40,339 nt of DNA. It comes from an uncultured Bacilli bacterium (GTDB lineage: Bacteria > Bacillota_I > Bacilli_A > RF39 > UBA660). Where the stretch lies: positions 1 to 40,339 of the forward strand of contig CANRJK010000001.1 in NCBI GenBank assembly GCA_947630955.1, written 5' to 3'. Below, piece after piece: positions 25,561 to 35,851 of this stretch. The position numbers were made by a program, and so were the translations under genes. Position 1 is the first letter of the stretch, and the number at the start of each line of letters is the position of its first letter. The notes under the pieces are model-generated. The model had not been told where the DNA came from. It saw nothing but the letters and a program-made list of their open reading frames with translations, and searched no databases.

Positions 25561-25854
25561 ATGAAAAATATTGATTTAGATGAATTACCTAAGTATATGA
25601 GCGCTAATGCTTTATTAGTTGATGTTAGACTACCGAGTGAATACGTTAAAAATCATTTGAAGGGGGCAATTAATATGCCTTATACAAATGTTTTATCGAT
25701 GTTAAAAAATTATCCTAAAGATACACCGATAATCGTTTATTGTTCTTTGGGACATCAAAGTAAAAGAGTGGGTAATATGTTAGTATCACTTGGTTATACT
25801 AATGTCTATAATTTAAATAATGTTAGTGCTAAAAAAGACTACCGAAATTGGTAG
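25561..25854 (+). CDS. single-domain rhodanese-like sulfurtransferase
   Basis: LVDVRLPSEY...GAINMP...IIVYCSLGHQS active-site loop. Confidence 0.75.
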   Translation: MKNIDLDELPKYMSANALLVDVRLPSEYVKNHLKGAINMPYTNVLSMLKNYPKDTPIIVYCSLGHQSKRVGNMLVSLGYTNVYNLNNVSAKKDYRNW

Positions 25855-25885
25855 CTTTTTTGATATAATTTAATTAGGTGGTAAG

Positions 25886-28243
25886 ATGCATAAACAGTTA
25901 ATTAAAGATAATACAATTATTATAACGGATGTTGCTAACAAACAACGTGTTATTGAATATATTAGTAATCTTGATTATTTAGTTGATATAAGAGTAATGG
26001 ATTTTAATGAAATATTAGAAAACTATTATTTTACGTATAATGAAAAAACTATTTATTATTTAATGCGTAAATATCACTTTAAATATGATGTGGCCTTTAA
26101 ATATATTAAAAATATGTATTATATTGATAAAAGCAGCAAAAAATCAAAAATAAATAAAATATATGAATTAAAAGAAGAATTAAAACGTGAAAATTTATTA
26201 GAATTTAATCCTTATTTCAAAAATTATCTAGCTAGTAAAAATATTATTTTTTATAACATAGATTATGTACCTAAAATGATAAGAAAGATAATTCCTAATT
26301 ATGAGGTTATATTAGAACCATTTTGTAATCATAAGCATAAAATATATGAACTTGATACTTTAGAAGATGAAGTTAGTTTTGTAGCAGGTAAAATAGCATC
26401 TTTAATCCAAGAGAAAAAAGATATCAATAAAATATATTTAACTAATTTAAATGATGAATATAGATTAATTATAAAAAGAATTTTTAGTATGTATCATATA
26501 CCAGTTGCTTTAAATAGTAGTGATAATTTATATCAAACAAGAATAGGACAACTATTTTTAACGTTATATGAGTCTGATGTTAAAAATACTTTAAAAAAGT
26601 TACAACATAAGATAAAAGATGACGACATAGATATTTATAATCAAATAATAGGTATTTGCAACAAATATGTTTGGTGTAATGATTATTTAGATGTTAAAGA
26701 ATTAGTCATTCAAGACTTAAAAAAGACTAAATTAAAATCAGAATTTAAGTTGAATTGTGTTAGAGAAATTCCTTTTGGTTGTTTCATACAAGATGATGAA
26801 TATATCTTTTTACTAGGATTCAATGAGGAAACTACACCAATTACTTATAAAGATGAAGATTATTTAACTGATTTGGAAAAAGAAAAATTAGATCTTGAAA
26901 CGTCAGTTGTTTTAAATATAGCTATTAAAAACCAATTTATTAACCATATTAAAAGGTATAATAATTTGGTTATAAGTTATAAAAATAAAAGTTTAACTGA
27001 TACTTATACGATTAGTAATCTTAATGAACAATTAGAATATGAAGTTATTAAAGATAATAATTTTGATTATCATTATTCACATTTATATAATAAACTTACT
27101 TTGGCTAAATCTATTGATTTATTTAACAAATATGGAACTATAAATTCTAAATTAACTGATTTATATGGTAGTTATAAGAGTTTTGAATATCGATCATACG
27201 ATAATAAGTTTAAAGGAATAAATCCAAAATTACTATATCAGTTTTTAAACAACAAATTATTATTATCTTATTCAAGTTTGGATAATTATTATCGTTGTCA
27301 TTTCCGTTATTATTTAGCTAATATTTTGAAAATAACACCCTATGAAGAAAGTTTTATGCAACTGATTGGTAATTTGTTCCATTATGTTTTATCCAAGGCT
27401 TTTACGGATAATTTTGATTATGATACCTGCTTTGATGGCTATATTAACAAACCACTTAGTAAGAAAGAACAGTTCTTTATTAAAAATCTGAAGGAAGAAC
27501 TAAAATTTATTATCGATACGATTAAAGAACATAATACCCATACTAAGTTGACTGATGAATTATATGAAGAAAAAATATATGTTGATTTAAAACAAAATAT
27601 AGATGTTACTTTTATGGGAATTATTGATAAATTAAAATATAAAAAAATAGATGGTAAATATATTATTTCAATTATTGATTATAAAACAGGCAATCCTATT
27701 TTAAATTTAAATAATATTATTTATGGTATTGATATGCAACTGCCAATTTATCTTTATTTAGCTTTCAACCATCCTAACTTTGATAAGATTGCTGTAGCTG
27801 GCTTTTATTTACAAAAGATTTTAAATAATCAAATTAATGCTGATAAAAAATATACATATGAGCAGCTTAAGAAAAATAATTTATTACTTCAAGGTTATAG
27901 TAATGAAAATATAGATATTTTAAGTTTATTTGATGATTCTTTTGAAGAAAGCAAAGTAGTAAAAGGTTTAAAAACTAGTTCAAAAGGATTCTATGCTTAC
28001 TCTAAGGTAGTTAGTAATCAAGTAATTGATAAATTAATTAATCTAGCTAGTGAAAAAATAATGTTAGCTACCAAAGATATTCTAGAAGCTGATTTTACTA
28101 TTAATCCTAAACGAATTGGTTATAACAATGTAGGATGTGAATTTTGTTCTTTTAAAGATATTTGTTTTAAAACTGAAAAAGACATTGTTAATTTACAAGA
28201 ATATAAAAAGATGGAATTTCTAGAAGGTGATAGTCATGCCTAG
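25886..28243 (+). CDS. addB: helicase-nuclease AddAB, subunit B
   Basis: Size and position upstream of addA. C-terminal nuclease motif IIDYKTG and four Cys for the Fe-S cluster (YYRCHF ... GCEFCSFKDIC). Confidence 0.85.
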   Translation: MHKQLIKDNTIIITDVANKQRVIEYISNLDYLVDIRVMDFNEILENYYFTYNEKTIYYLMRKYHFKYDVAFKYIKNMYYIDKSSKKSKINKIYELKEELKRENLLEFNPYFKNYLASKNIIFYNIDYVPKMIRKIIPNYEVILEPFCNHKHKIYELDTLEDEVSFVAGKIASLIQEKKDINKIYLTNLNDEYRLIIKRIFSMYHIPVALNSSDNLYQTRIGQLFLTLYESDVKNTLKKLQHKIKDDDIDIYNQIIGICNKYVWCNDYLDVKELVIQDLKKTKLKSEFKLNCVREIPFGCFIQDDEYIFLLGFNEETTPITYKDEDYLTDLEKEKLDLETSVVLNIAIKNQFINHIKRYNNLVISYKNKSLTDTYTISNLNEQLEYEVIKDNNFDYHYSHLYNKLTLAKSIDLFNKYGTINSKLTDLYGSYKSFEYRSYDNKFKGINPKLLYQFLNNKLLLSYSSLDNYYRCHFRYYLANILKITPYEESFMQLIGNLFHYVLSKAFTDNFDYDTCFDGYINKPLSKKEQFFIKNLKEELKFIIDTIKEHNTHTKLTDELYEEKIYVDLKQNIDVTFMGIIDKLKYKKIDGKYIISIIDYKTGNPILNLNNIIYGIDMQLPIYLYLAFNHPNFDKIAVAGFYLQKILNNQINADKKYTYEQLKKNNLLLQGYSNENIDILSLFDDSFEESKVVKGLKTSSKGFYAYSKVVSNQVIDKLINLASEKIMLATKDILEADFTINPKRIGYNNVGCEFCSFKDICFKTEKDIVNLQEYKKMEFLEGDSHA

Positions 28244-31200
28244 TTGGACAGAAGATCAAAAACAAGCCATATATAAAAGTGGTTCTAATATTATTGTAAG
28301 TGCTGGAGCAGGTAGTGGTAAAACAGCTGTCTTAACAGAACGTGTAATTAAAAAAATAGAATCAGGAATACATATTAATGAATTACTTATTTTAACTTTT
28401 ACTAAAGCCGCTGCTAATGAAATGAAAAATCGTATTAGAAAGTCTTTAAAAGAAGGTAATTTTAAAGAAGAATTACAGTTAATAGATTCAGCTTATATTA
28501 CAACATTTGATAGTTATGCTTTATCAATTGTAAAAAAGTATCATTATCTACTTAATATCTCAAGTAATATTAGCATAGTTGAAAGTACATTAATTAATAT
28601 TGAAAAACATCGAATAATGGATGAAGTTTTTAATGACTATTATGAAAAAGAAAATCCAATGTTTGAAAAACTTATTAAATCTTTTTGTGTTCGTGACGAT
28701 GATAATTTAAAAAGACAACTTTTTACAATGACTCTTAAGTTAGAGATGATACCAGATGTTAATGATTATCTAGATACATATATATCTAAGTATTATCAAA
28801 CATCTAACCTTCAAAAAAGAATACAAGAATATGTGCAAATGCTTTTAGATAAGATAAAAGAATTAAATTTAAGTATTCAAAAATTAGCTTCTTTAGATAA
28901 TGATTATTATGAAAATGTTTTAGATAATTTAAATGGCTTATTAAACGCTAAAAACTTAGATGAAATTTTATGTTATCCTAATCTAAAAATACCTAATTTA
29001 CCACGTGGTTCACAAGATGAATTAAAACGTGTTAAAGATGATATAAGTGTCAAATTAAAACAAATAATTAATTTAGCTAGTTATGGTAATCAAAAGACTA
29101 TCTTAGAAAATATCTTGAAGACAAAAGATTATGTAGAAATAATAATTGAACTTGTTAAAGATTATTTAAACCGAGTTAATCTTTATAAAAGACAAAACGA
29201 AATGTATGAATTTACTGATATTGCTCTTTTAGCAATCAAAGTTTTAAAAGAAAATAAAGATGTTCAAGATGAAGTAAGAAAATCACTAAATGAAATATTA
29301 GTAGATGAATATCAAGATACTAATGATTTACAAGAAACATTCATCAATCTTATAAGTAATAATAATGTTTATATGGTAGGGGATGTAAAACAATCAATTT
29401 ATCGTTTTCGTAACGCTAATCCATATATCTTCAAAACTAAATACGATAATTATGCCTTAGGTAAAGATGGTATTAAAATTGACCTTGTTAAAAACTTTCG
29501 TTCAAGAGATGAAGTCTTAACTAATATTAACGAAATATTTGATTTTGTTATGGATGATTTAATAGGTGGTGCAGAATATAGAAAATCACATCGAATGGTT
29601 TTTGGGAATATGACCTATCTTCAAAAAGGAAAAACTAAGCAAGATTATAATTTAGAAATTTTAGAATATGACCATGATAAAAGTAGTGAATTTACTAAAG
29701 AAGAAATAGAAATTTTTGGTATTGCAACTGATATTAAGAAAAAAGTAAATCAAAAATTCCAAGTATTTGATAAAGATGAACAAAAACTAAGGGCTTCTCG
29801 TTTTAGTGATTTTGTTATTTTAATGGATCGAACGACAAATTTTGATTTATATAAGAAAATTTTTGAATATTTAGGCGTACCTTTAACTCTTTATAAAGAT
29901 GAAACCTTAAATAACAATGAAGATATTTATATTATTCACAATATTATAACGTTAATCATTAAAATTAATAGTAAGAAACTTGATGATGAATTTAAATATA
30001 GTTTTATTAGTGTATCAAGAAGTTTTTTGTTTGAATATACTGATGAAGAAATATTTAACTACTTTCTTTTGAACAACTTTAAAGAATCAAGTATTTATAA
30101 GTTATTTAGTAATATAGATATCAATAAGTTAACAACAATTAATTTACTTGAATTGATTATTGAAAAAACGCATTTCTATGAAAAGATTATTCGAGTAGGT
30201 GATGTTGAAGATCGCTTGATTAGAATCCAAAAAATAATGGAATTAGCAGTCAATTTATCTGATTTTGGATATGATATAATATCTTTTAACACGTATTTAG
30301 ACACTTTAGTAAAACAAGGTTATGAAATTAAGTATTCACTTAATAATGATGATAGTGATAGTGTTAAAATAATGACTATTCATAAATCTAAAGGATTAGA
30401 ATATCATATTTGTTATTTCAGTGGTTTATATAAAACTTTTAATATAAGTGATTTAAAAGATAATTTTATCTATAGTAATAAATATGGATTTATCACACCT
30501 TATTTTGAAGAAGGTATTAATCAAACAATTTATAAAGAGTTACTTAAAGATGATTATTTAAAAGAGGAAATATCTGAAAAAATAAGACTATTTTATGTTG
30601 CTTTGACACGAGCTAAAGAAAAAATGATTATGATATTACCAAGTAATATCAATGATGAGGTTACCAAAAAAGAAGATGGCGTTATAAGTGATGATGTTAG
30701 ACTTAATTATCGCTCTTTTAAAGATATTATATATTCTGTGAAAAATTACTTGGAAAAATATTGTCACCACTTAGATTTAAATAATTTAGGTTTAACAAAA
30801 GACTATCTATTTGTTAAACAAAAACAACTTGATTTAAATTTAAATAATGAAAAAATAGAAGTTTTGGAATGTGATAATATAGAAAAAAATCTCAAACAAG
30901 AACATTTTTCTAAGCAGACTAATAAACTTACAACTTTGAAAGAAAAAGAAAATATGGAGTTTGGAACTAAAATACATGAAACACTAAGATACATTGATTT
31001 TAAAGATTATAAGGGTTGTGATGATAAATTTATTGAGGAAAAGATAACAAACTTTTTAAATCATTCGATAATGAAAGATGTAAATCAAGCTAAAATATAT
31101 AAGGAATTAGAATTTACTTATATAGATGAGGACATAAAATATCATGGTATTATTGATTTAATGTTAGAGTTTGATGACTATATTAATATTATCGACTACA

Positions 31201-31337
31201 AGTTAAAAAACATTGAAAATGATGCTTATTATAACCAATTAATGGGTTATAAAAAATATATAAGTAACAAAACTAATAAAAAAATATATGTTTACTTATA
31301 TTCTCTTATAGATGGAAAAATAAAGGAAATTAAATAG
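28236..31337 (+). CDS. addA: helicase-nuclease AddAB, subunit A (UvrD/Rep-type helicase plus RecB nuclease)
   Basis: Walker A AGAGSGKT, VDEYQDTN, GDVKQSIYRFR, C-terminal GIIDLM...IIDYKL. ATG 28236 overlaps the end of addB. Confidence 0.9.
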   Translation: MPSWTEDQKQAIYKSGSNIIVSAGAGSGKTAVLTERVIKKIESGIHINELLILTFTKAAANEMKNRIRKSLKEGNFKEELQLIDSAYITTFDSYALSIVKKYHYLLNISSNISIVESTLINIEKHRIMDEVFNDYYEKENPMFEKLIKSFCVRDDDNLKRQLFTMTLKLEMIPDVNDYLDTYISKYYQTSNLQKRIQEYVQMLLDKIKELNLSIQKLASLDNDYYENVLDNLNGLLNAKNLDEILCYPNLKIPNLPRGSQDELKRVKDDISVKLKQIINLASYGNQKTILENILKTKDYVEIIIELVKDYLNRVNLYKRQNEMYEFTDIALLAIKVLKENKDVQDEVRKSLNEILVDEYQDTNDLQETFINLISNNNVYMVGDVKQSIYRFRNANPYIFKTKYDNYALGKDGIKIDLVKNFRSRDEVLTNINEIFDFVMDDLIGGAEYRKSHRMVFGNMTYLQKGKTKQDYNLEILEYDHDKSSEFTKEEIEIFGIATDIKKKVNQKFQVFDKDEQKLRASRFSDFVILMDRTTNFDLYKKIFEYLGVPLTLYKDETLNNNEDIYIIHNIITLIIKINSKKLDDEFKYSFISVSRSFLFEYTDEEIFNYFLLNNFKESSIYKLFSNIDINKLTTINLLELIIEKTHFYEKIIRVGDVEDRLIRIQKIMELAVNLSDFGYDIISFNTYLDTLVKQGYEIKYSLNNDDSDSVKIMTIHKSKGLEYHICYFSGLYKTFNISDLKDNFIYSNKYGFITPYFEEGINQTIYKELLKDDYLKEEISEKIRLFYVALTRAKEKMIMILPSNINDEVTKKEDGVISDDVRLNYRSFKDIIYSVKNYLEKYCHHLDLNNLGLTKDYLFVKQKQLDLNLNNEKIEVLECDNIEKNLKQEHFSKQTNKLTTLKEKENMEFGTKIHETLRYIDFKDYKGCDDKFIEEKITNFLNHSIMKDVNQAKIYKELEFTYIDEDIKYHGIIDLMLEFDDYINIIDYKLKNIENDAYYNQLMGYKKYISNKTNKKIYVYLYSLIDGKIKEIK

Positions 31338-31379
31338 TATTAATTCCTTTTTTTAGTCAATAGTAATAGTGGTGATATA

Positions 31380-31811
31380 ATGAATGAAAATTTAGAATTA
31401 TTAGAATATATTTATCAATCTAGTGAAATGGGTAAAACATCATTAGAAAATTTGCTTAATGCTTTAAAAGATAAGGAAAATAAAATTAAAAGTATTGTTA
31501 GTGATGAAGTTAAACTATATGAAAAGTATTATAAAAAAAGCAAAGAATTAGCTAAAGGAAATAAATTTAGTGACAACAAATTAATGGCAAAAATGATGTC
31601 TAAAATGGGTATAAAAAAAGAAGTTGAAAGTGATAATAGTGATGCAGCTATTGCTCATATGTTAATTGAAGGTTTAACTATGGGGAGTATTGATATTGAA
31701 ACAAAAATTAATAATTATAAAACGAAAGCTGATAAAAAAATTTTGAAATTAGCAAAAGATTATGCAACTTTTCAAAAACAAGAAATAGAAAAATTAAAAA
31801 TGTATTTATAA
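31380..31811 (+). CDS. hypothetical helical protein (143 aa)
   Basis: ORF with its own terminator (AAAGACAC / GTGTCTTT at 31810-31834). No motif recognised. Confidence 0.55.
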   Translation: MNENLELLEYIYQSSEMGKTSLENLLNALKDKENKIKSIVSDEVKLYEKYYKKSKELAKGNKFSDNKLMAKMMSKMGIKKEVESDNSDAAIAHMLIEGLTMGSIDIETKINNYKTKADKKILKLAKDYATFQKQEIEKLKMYL

Positions 31812-31845
31812 AGACACCCAAGTGTCTTTATTTAGTGTTAAAAGA

Positions 31846-31874
31846 TTGAACAATTTTCTATACTAGGGTATAAT
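31846..31874 (+). promoter_or_regulatory. sigma-A promoter for the 31909 gene
   Basis: TTGAAC (31846-51), 17-nt spacer, TATAAT (31869-74). Confidence 0.65.
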
Positions 31875-31908
31875 AACTAAAAGGTAAGAAATATTTGAAG
31901 GAGCAAAA

Positions 31909-32496
31909 ATGGGCGTTAAAGGAAAAAATTTAAAAAGTTTATTAGATGAAAAAATTAATATTCATGAATTTGAAGAAATTACTAGTCTTGATGCACTAAT
32001 AAATTATAGTAATAAAAATGATAAGTTTAGTATTCGTTTTGATCGTAATTATGATGCTCAAGGACTTCCATTTTACATTTATGATAAGAAAGTAAATGGT
32101 GATGATAAAATAACTTATTTTCACAAAATTATTGATGAAATGACAAACTTAAATTGTAGTTTGATTTGTTCAAATGGCTATAAATATGATAATCATTTAA
32201 AATTTAATTTTGTCATTGAAGTAAATAGTAATGATGATTTTATCTTAGAGTTATGTGATAAAAAAACTCCTTTAAGAACAATGTATAACTATAAGACAAC
32301 CATTATTAAAGGAAATTTATTTGATTCTGAAAATTATGAATATATAAATATGGGTGATAACCATTATTTAGAAGAAGATATTGATAATATCATTAATTTT
32401 GTATGTGAAAGAAAATATAAGTATATCGAGGGAACTTTGTATGATACTAAAGTGGGCATGTTCCATGACTTTTTGATATTATGGCAAACTAAATAG
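31909..32496 (+). CDS. hypothetical protein (195 aa)
   Basis: ORF with RBS GAAGGAG. No motif recognised. Confidence 0.55.
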   Translation: MGVKGKNLKSLLDEKINIHEFEEITSLDALINYSNKNDKFSIRFDRNYDAQGLPFYIYDKKVNGDDKITYFHKIIDEMTNLNCSLICSNGYKYDNHLKFNFVIEVNSNDDFILELCDKKTPLRTMYNYKTTIIKGNLFDSENYEYINMGDNHYLEEDIDNIINFVCERKYKYIEGTLYDTKVGMFHDFLILWQTK

Positions 32497-32596
32497 GATA
32501 ATTTTGAAAAAAAGAAAAAAAGTGCTACAATAGTTGACTTAAGGATGGTGTTATTATGTTAAATATGTCAGATAAGACCAACATTATGTATGTCAA

Positions 32597-33265
32597 TTGT
32601 ATAAAAAAAGCTTTGATTATTTAAAACTTGGTGAAGTTAATCCTACTTTGAGTGAATTTGTTGAGCATAATTTCAATTATTTTATGAATAATAATTTTGG
32701 AAAAACAAAACTTGATGCTCAAGGTGGGGAAGGATTTATTTTATACAAAAATTGTAGTTATTTTAAATTAATATTTGAACCTAGTCATGTAACTCCTGAA
32801 TCTATTTTCATTGAACTTGGAAGTTTTTATGGTAATTATACACAATCATTTAAAATTGACTTTAAGCGGGGTAAAGATAATTATTTAGTTATAACAGGAA
32901 AAAAACGACTTTTAAATACTAATCTTGAAGATAAAGATGATGTTACTTTACTAAAAATTATGACAGAAACATTTTATATGAATAATAAAAAGCGATATGA
33001 GCATACTCAACAAACTTTTAGTGGCAAAAAAAATTGTGACGATGGATATTCTCAGTCAGTATCTGTTTGTTATTCTGATGTTGATGATTCTTATATTCAA
33101 TCTTCTATTGTTATTGCAGAGCCAGAGGCTTTATTAAATACAGCTGTTTCATATACAAAGTTTGATGGTAGTAAAACTTGTTCAGTTCAACCACATGTCT
33201 TTGCTTCAGAATTTGATAAAATTGTACAAGAAAAAGCTAAAATTAAATCTATGCAGAAGGACTAG
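32597..33265 (+). CDS. hypothetical protein (222 aa); the true start is probably ATG 32556 in another frame
   Basis: The track start is a TTG without an SD. A well-placed AAGGATGGTG plus ATG 32556 opens a 22-codon frame that would fuse to this ORF if the A7 run (32603-32609) were A8. Confidence 0.5.
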   Translation: MYKKSFDYLKLGEVNPTLSEFVEHNFNYFMNNNFGKTKLDAQGGEGFILYKNCSYFKLIFEPSHVTPESIFIELGSFYGNYTQSFKIDFKRGKDNYLVITGKKRLLNTNLEDKDDVTLLKIMTETFYMNNKKRYEHTQQTFSGKKNCDDGYSQSVSVCYSDVDDSYIQSSIVIAEPEALLNTAVSYTKFDGSKTCSVQPHVFASEFDKIVQEKAKIKSMQKD

Positions 33266-33284
33266 TTATAAACTAGTTTTTTTT
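33261..33284 (+). terminator. rho-independent terminator
   Basis: ACTAGTT / AACTAGT stem followed by T8. A second hairpin AAAGTC / GACTTT lies about 60 nt downstream. Confidence 0.7.
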
Positions 33285-33409
33285 ATTAAATAATTACAAG
33301 AGATAATAAATATATTAAAAAATGGTAAAAGTCTTTTGGACTTTTTATTGTTTATAATTGAAAAAAAATGTTGAATATGGTAATCTATATATAGTATAGG
33401 AGTGATTTC

Positions 33410-35419
33410 ATGGTAATAGTAATGACAGAAGATAATGTTAAAGTATATGATATAAGCGATGAAGAATTTGAAAAGCTTAGAAATAACAATAATCAAAAAG
33501 AACTTGATAAACATGTAATATACCAATTATCAAAGTTGGCTTACTCACCTGAAAAAATGCAGCAACAATTAAAAGATAAATTATTAGGCATAAAATCATA
33601 CTATTTTGACGATAGCACGTTAGGCCTAGTAAAAAAGCAAATATCGACAATTAATCAGATTCGTTATCCTGATGTTTTAAGTGATCCCTTAAATGGTTTT
33701 AACGTGCCTAAAAGCAATGATATTGTCATAAATCCTATGTATGCTGAGTTAATAGCTTTAGATAATGAATTAAATGCTAGTGAACATATTACCAATCTAT
33801 TACCACCTCATCTTATCAATGAGTTTAAAAAATTTTATAGCCAAGAACAATATCTTAATGCCAAAAAAAATAGAGTTGTTCATATCGATAAACCATATGT
33901 TTTAAATTCTTTTTATGAATTTGAATCATTTTCTAAATTAATTATAAAAAATAGTAACAACAGTTTAAAAACATCACAGTTAGAAGGTGCCATTCATTTG
34001 GTTGTAGCGCCAGCTGGAATGACAGAAGATGGCAAAGTAAAATATTTTGTTGAAGAATATAAAATAACTAAAGAAGACTTACAAGATATATCATCTAGAG
34101 TAAGAAAATACGCTCGTCAAGATGGTATTAAATTAACTGATTTAACTGATGATGAAAAATATTCTTATTATGACAGAGCTGTTAGAGAGTACAAACAAAA
34201 TTTATTTGGTGAATTAACTGGTTTAAACAATAAAAAGAAAACTATTATTCAAAGTAAAACGGTGACATGGTTAGAATATAAAAAAGAATTTTTAAATAAA
34301 TATGGATATCCTGTTCCTGAATTTGATGCAACATGGTTGCCATTTGATAAGACTATTATTGATGCTAGAACAATTCATAATGGAAATATTGTTCTTATAA
34401 CAATTGAAGCTTATCAAAGAGAAGCATCTAAAGAAACACAAATTAAAATTCCTAATTTTGTTAATCGTATGCAAACAACAAGACGTTTCTTTTTTGATGA
34501 AAATAGTGGCTTATCTCCATTATCAGTTGATGAAGATGCGAGTACCCTTACACCTTTGAATGTAGTTCCTTTAAATGAAGATGGACAAAATCAAAACTTT
34601 TTTGCAGGTGATGAAGATGTTCCAGCAGCTCCAGTTTTTCCACCTGAAGATACAGATGATTTATTTGGTAGTGTTGAAGGGGAAGAAATATCAGACCATG
34701 GATTGGAAGATGCGCCATCTCAAAGTTCATTTGCAGATGATGATGAAGATGTTCCAGTAATTCCAGCTTTTCAAACAGAAGATATAGATGATTTATTTGA
34801 TAGTGTTGAGGGGGAAGAAATATCAGACAATGAATTGAAAGATGAGCCATCTCAAAGCTCACTTGCTGATGATGAGAAAGATGCCCCAGAAATTCCAACC
34901 ACTCAAACAGAAGATTTGTATGCTTTTGTTGATAATACTGGGTTGTTAACACCCAAAGAAGTAAATGATTTAATACATAATTATATTAGTGATTATAACG
35001 AAATAGTGGATAGTATAAAAAAATGTAATTTCGTATTATCTGCTGCTAAAAATAAATTACCCAAACAAATAAAAAATAATGATTTAATTGCAATTGCAAA
35101 AACAATAGAAGAAATTGAAACATCTGTTAGACAAGCAAATAACTTAATTGAAACTGAATTACATAAACTGCTGTTGGAAATAATTAAACCTAAAGATTCT
35201 AAATTTAATATACCAGATTCAGTTCAGTTTGAATATTTAAGTGAATACTTTAGAAATTCTATCAATAAAACATATAATAAAATTGTTGCTGTATATAGCA
35301 GGTTATCTGTCTTGTGTGATGAATTAGGTTTAAAGGATGCATTAGATGACACTGATAGCAATGTTGATGAAAAAATTTTAGAAACACCAGAATATACAGT
35401 TTCTTTACCAAAGATATAG
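33410..35419 (+). CDS. hypothetical 669-aa protein with internal acidic 44-aa repeats
   Basis: Long ORF with RBS AGGAGTGA. No catalytic motif recognised. Confidence 0.6.
   Translation: MVIVMTEDNVKVYDISDEEFEKLRNNNNQKELDKHVIYQLSKLAYSPEKMQQQLKDKLLGIKSYYFDDSTLGLVKKQISTINQIRYPDVLSDPLNGFNVPKSNDIVINPMYAELIALDNELNASEHITNLLPPHLINEFKKFYSQEQYLNAKKNRVVHIDKPYVLNSFYEFESFSKLIIKNSNNSLKTSQLEGAIHLVVAPAGMTEDGKVKYFVEEYKITKEDLQDISSRVRKYARQDGIKLTDLTDDEKYSYYDRAVREYKQNLFGELTGLNNKKKTIIQSKTVTWLEYKKEFLNKYGYPVPEFDATWLPFDKTIIDARTIHNGNIVLITIEAYQREASKETQIKIPNFVNRMQTTRRFFFDENSGLSPLSVDEDASTLTPLNVVPLNEDGQNQNFFAGDEDVPAAPVFPPEDTDDLFGSVEGEEISDHGLEDAPSQSSFADDDEDVPVIPAFQTEDIDDLFDSVEGEEISDNELKDEPSQSSLADDEKDAPEIPTTQTEDLYAFVDNTGLLTPKEVNDLIHNYISDYNEIVDSIKKCNFVLSAAKNKLPKQIKNNDLIAIAKTIEEIETSVRQANNLIETELHKLLLEIIKPKDSKFNIPDSVQFEYLSEYFRNSINKTYNKIVAVYSRLSVLCDELGLKDALDDTDSNVDEKILETPEYTVSLPKI
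34598..34925 (+). repeat. in-frame 132-bp tandem repeat, about 2.5 copies
   Basis: GATGAAGATGTTCCAG at 34610 and 34742, with a diverged copy at 34874. Encodes DEDVPxxPxFxxEDxDDLFxSVEGEEISDxxLxDxPSQSS. Confidence 0.85.
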
Positions 35420-35423
35420 ATAG

Positions 35424-35446
35424 GGTAAGATCTAATCTTACCTTTT
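35424..35446 (+). terminator. rho-independent terminator
   Basis: GGTAAGAT / ATCTTACC stem followed by TTTT. Confidence 0.65.
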
Positions 35447-35459
35447 AATAGGAGTAAAT

Positions 35460-35837
35460 ATGAGAAGAAAAGATGAAGGAAATATAGTTTCAAAATATGT
35501 AAAAAGTTTTTTTCATGCTTGTTCAGGCTTTATATATAGTATTAGATATGAACATAACATGATTATTATGTTAATAGCAACTTTAGTAGTAACTTTGGCA
35601 GGCTTTTATTACCAAATAGCTACATATGAATGGTTATTTATCTTATTTGCCGTTGGTAGTGTTATAGGAGCTGAACTTATTAATTCTTCAATCGAAGCGA
35701 CAATCGATTTAGTTACTACCAAAACACATCCTTTAGCTAAAATTGCTAAAGACACAGCATCCGCAGCAAGTTTAGTATTATGTACAGTATCATTTATTGG
35801 AGCTTGTATTATTTTTATTCCTAAAATGATTTCCTAA
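35460..35837 (+). CDS. dgkA: diacylglycerol/undecaprenol kinase (DgkA family)
   Basis: 125 aa, three TMs, with GAELINSSIEATIDLV and HPLAKIAKDTASAASLV typical of prokaryotic DAGK. Confidence 0.85.
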   Translation: MRRKDEGNIVSKYVKSFFHACSGFIYSIRYEHNMIIMLIATLVVTLAGFYYQIATYEWLFILFAVGSVIGAELINSSIEATIDLVTTKTHPLAKIAKDTASAASLVLCTVSFIGACIIFIPKMIS

Positions 35838-35851
35838 AAGATGGTGATGTA

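Noticed and set aside
33971-33988. TSQLEG in the 669-aa protein matches the Fic-inhibitory motif (S/T)xxxE(G/N), three genes upstream of the Fic gene
   Set aside because: A six-residue degenerate motif is expected by chance in a protein this long. The gene is separated from fic by a terminator and two other genes.
34548-34952. 134-aa antisense ORF and 34575..34760 sense-shifted ORF over the acidic repeats
   Set aside because: These are artefacts of the 132-bp tandem repeat. The repeat keeps all frames open, and only the acidic frame is continuous with the 669-aa ORF.
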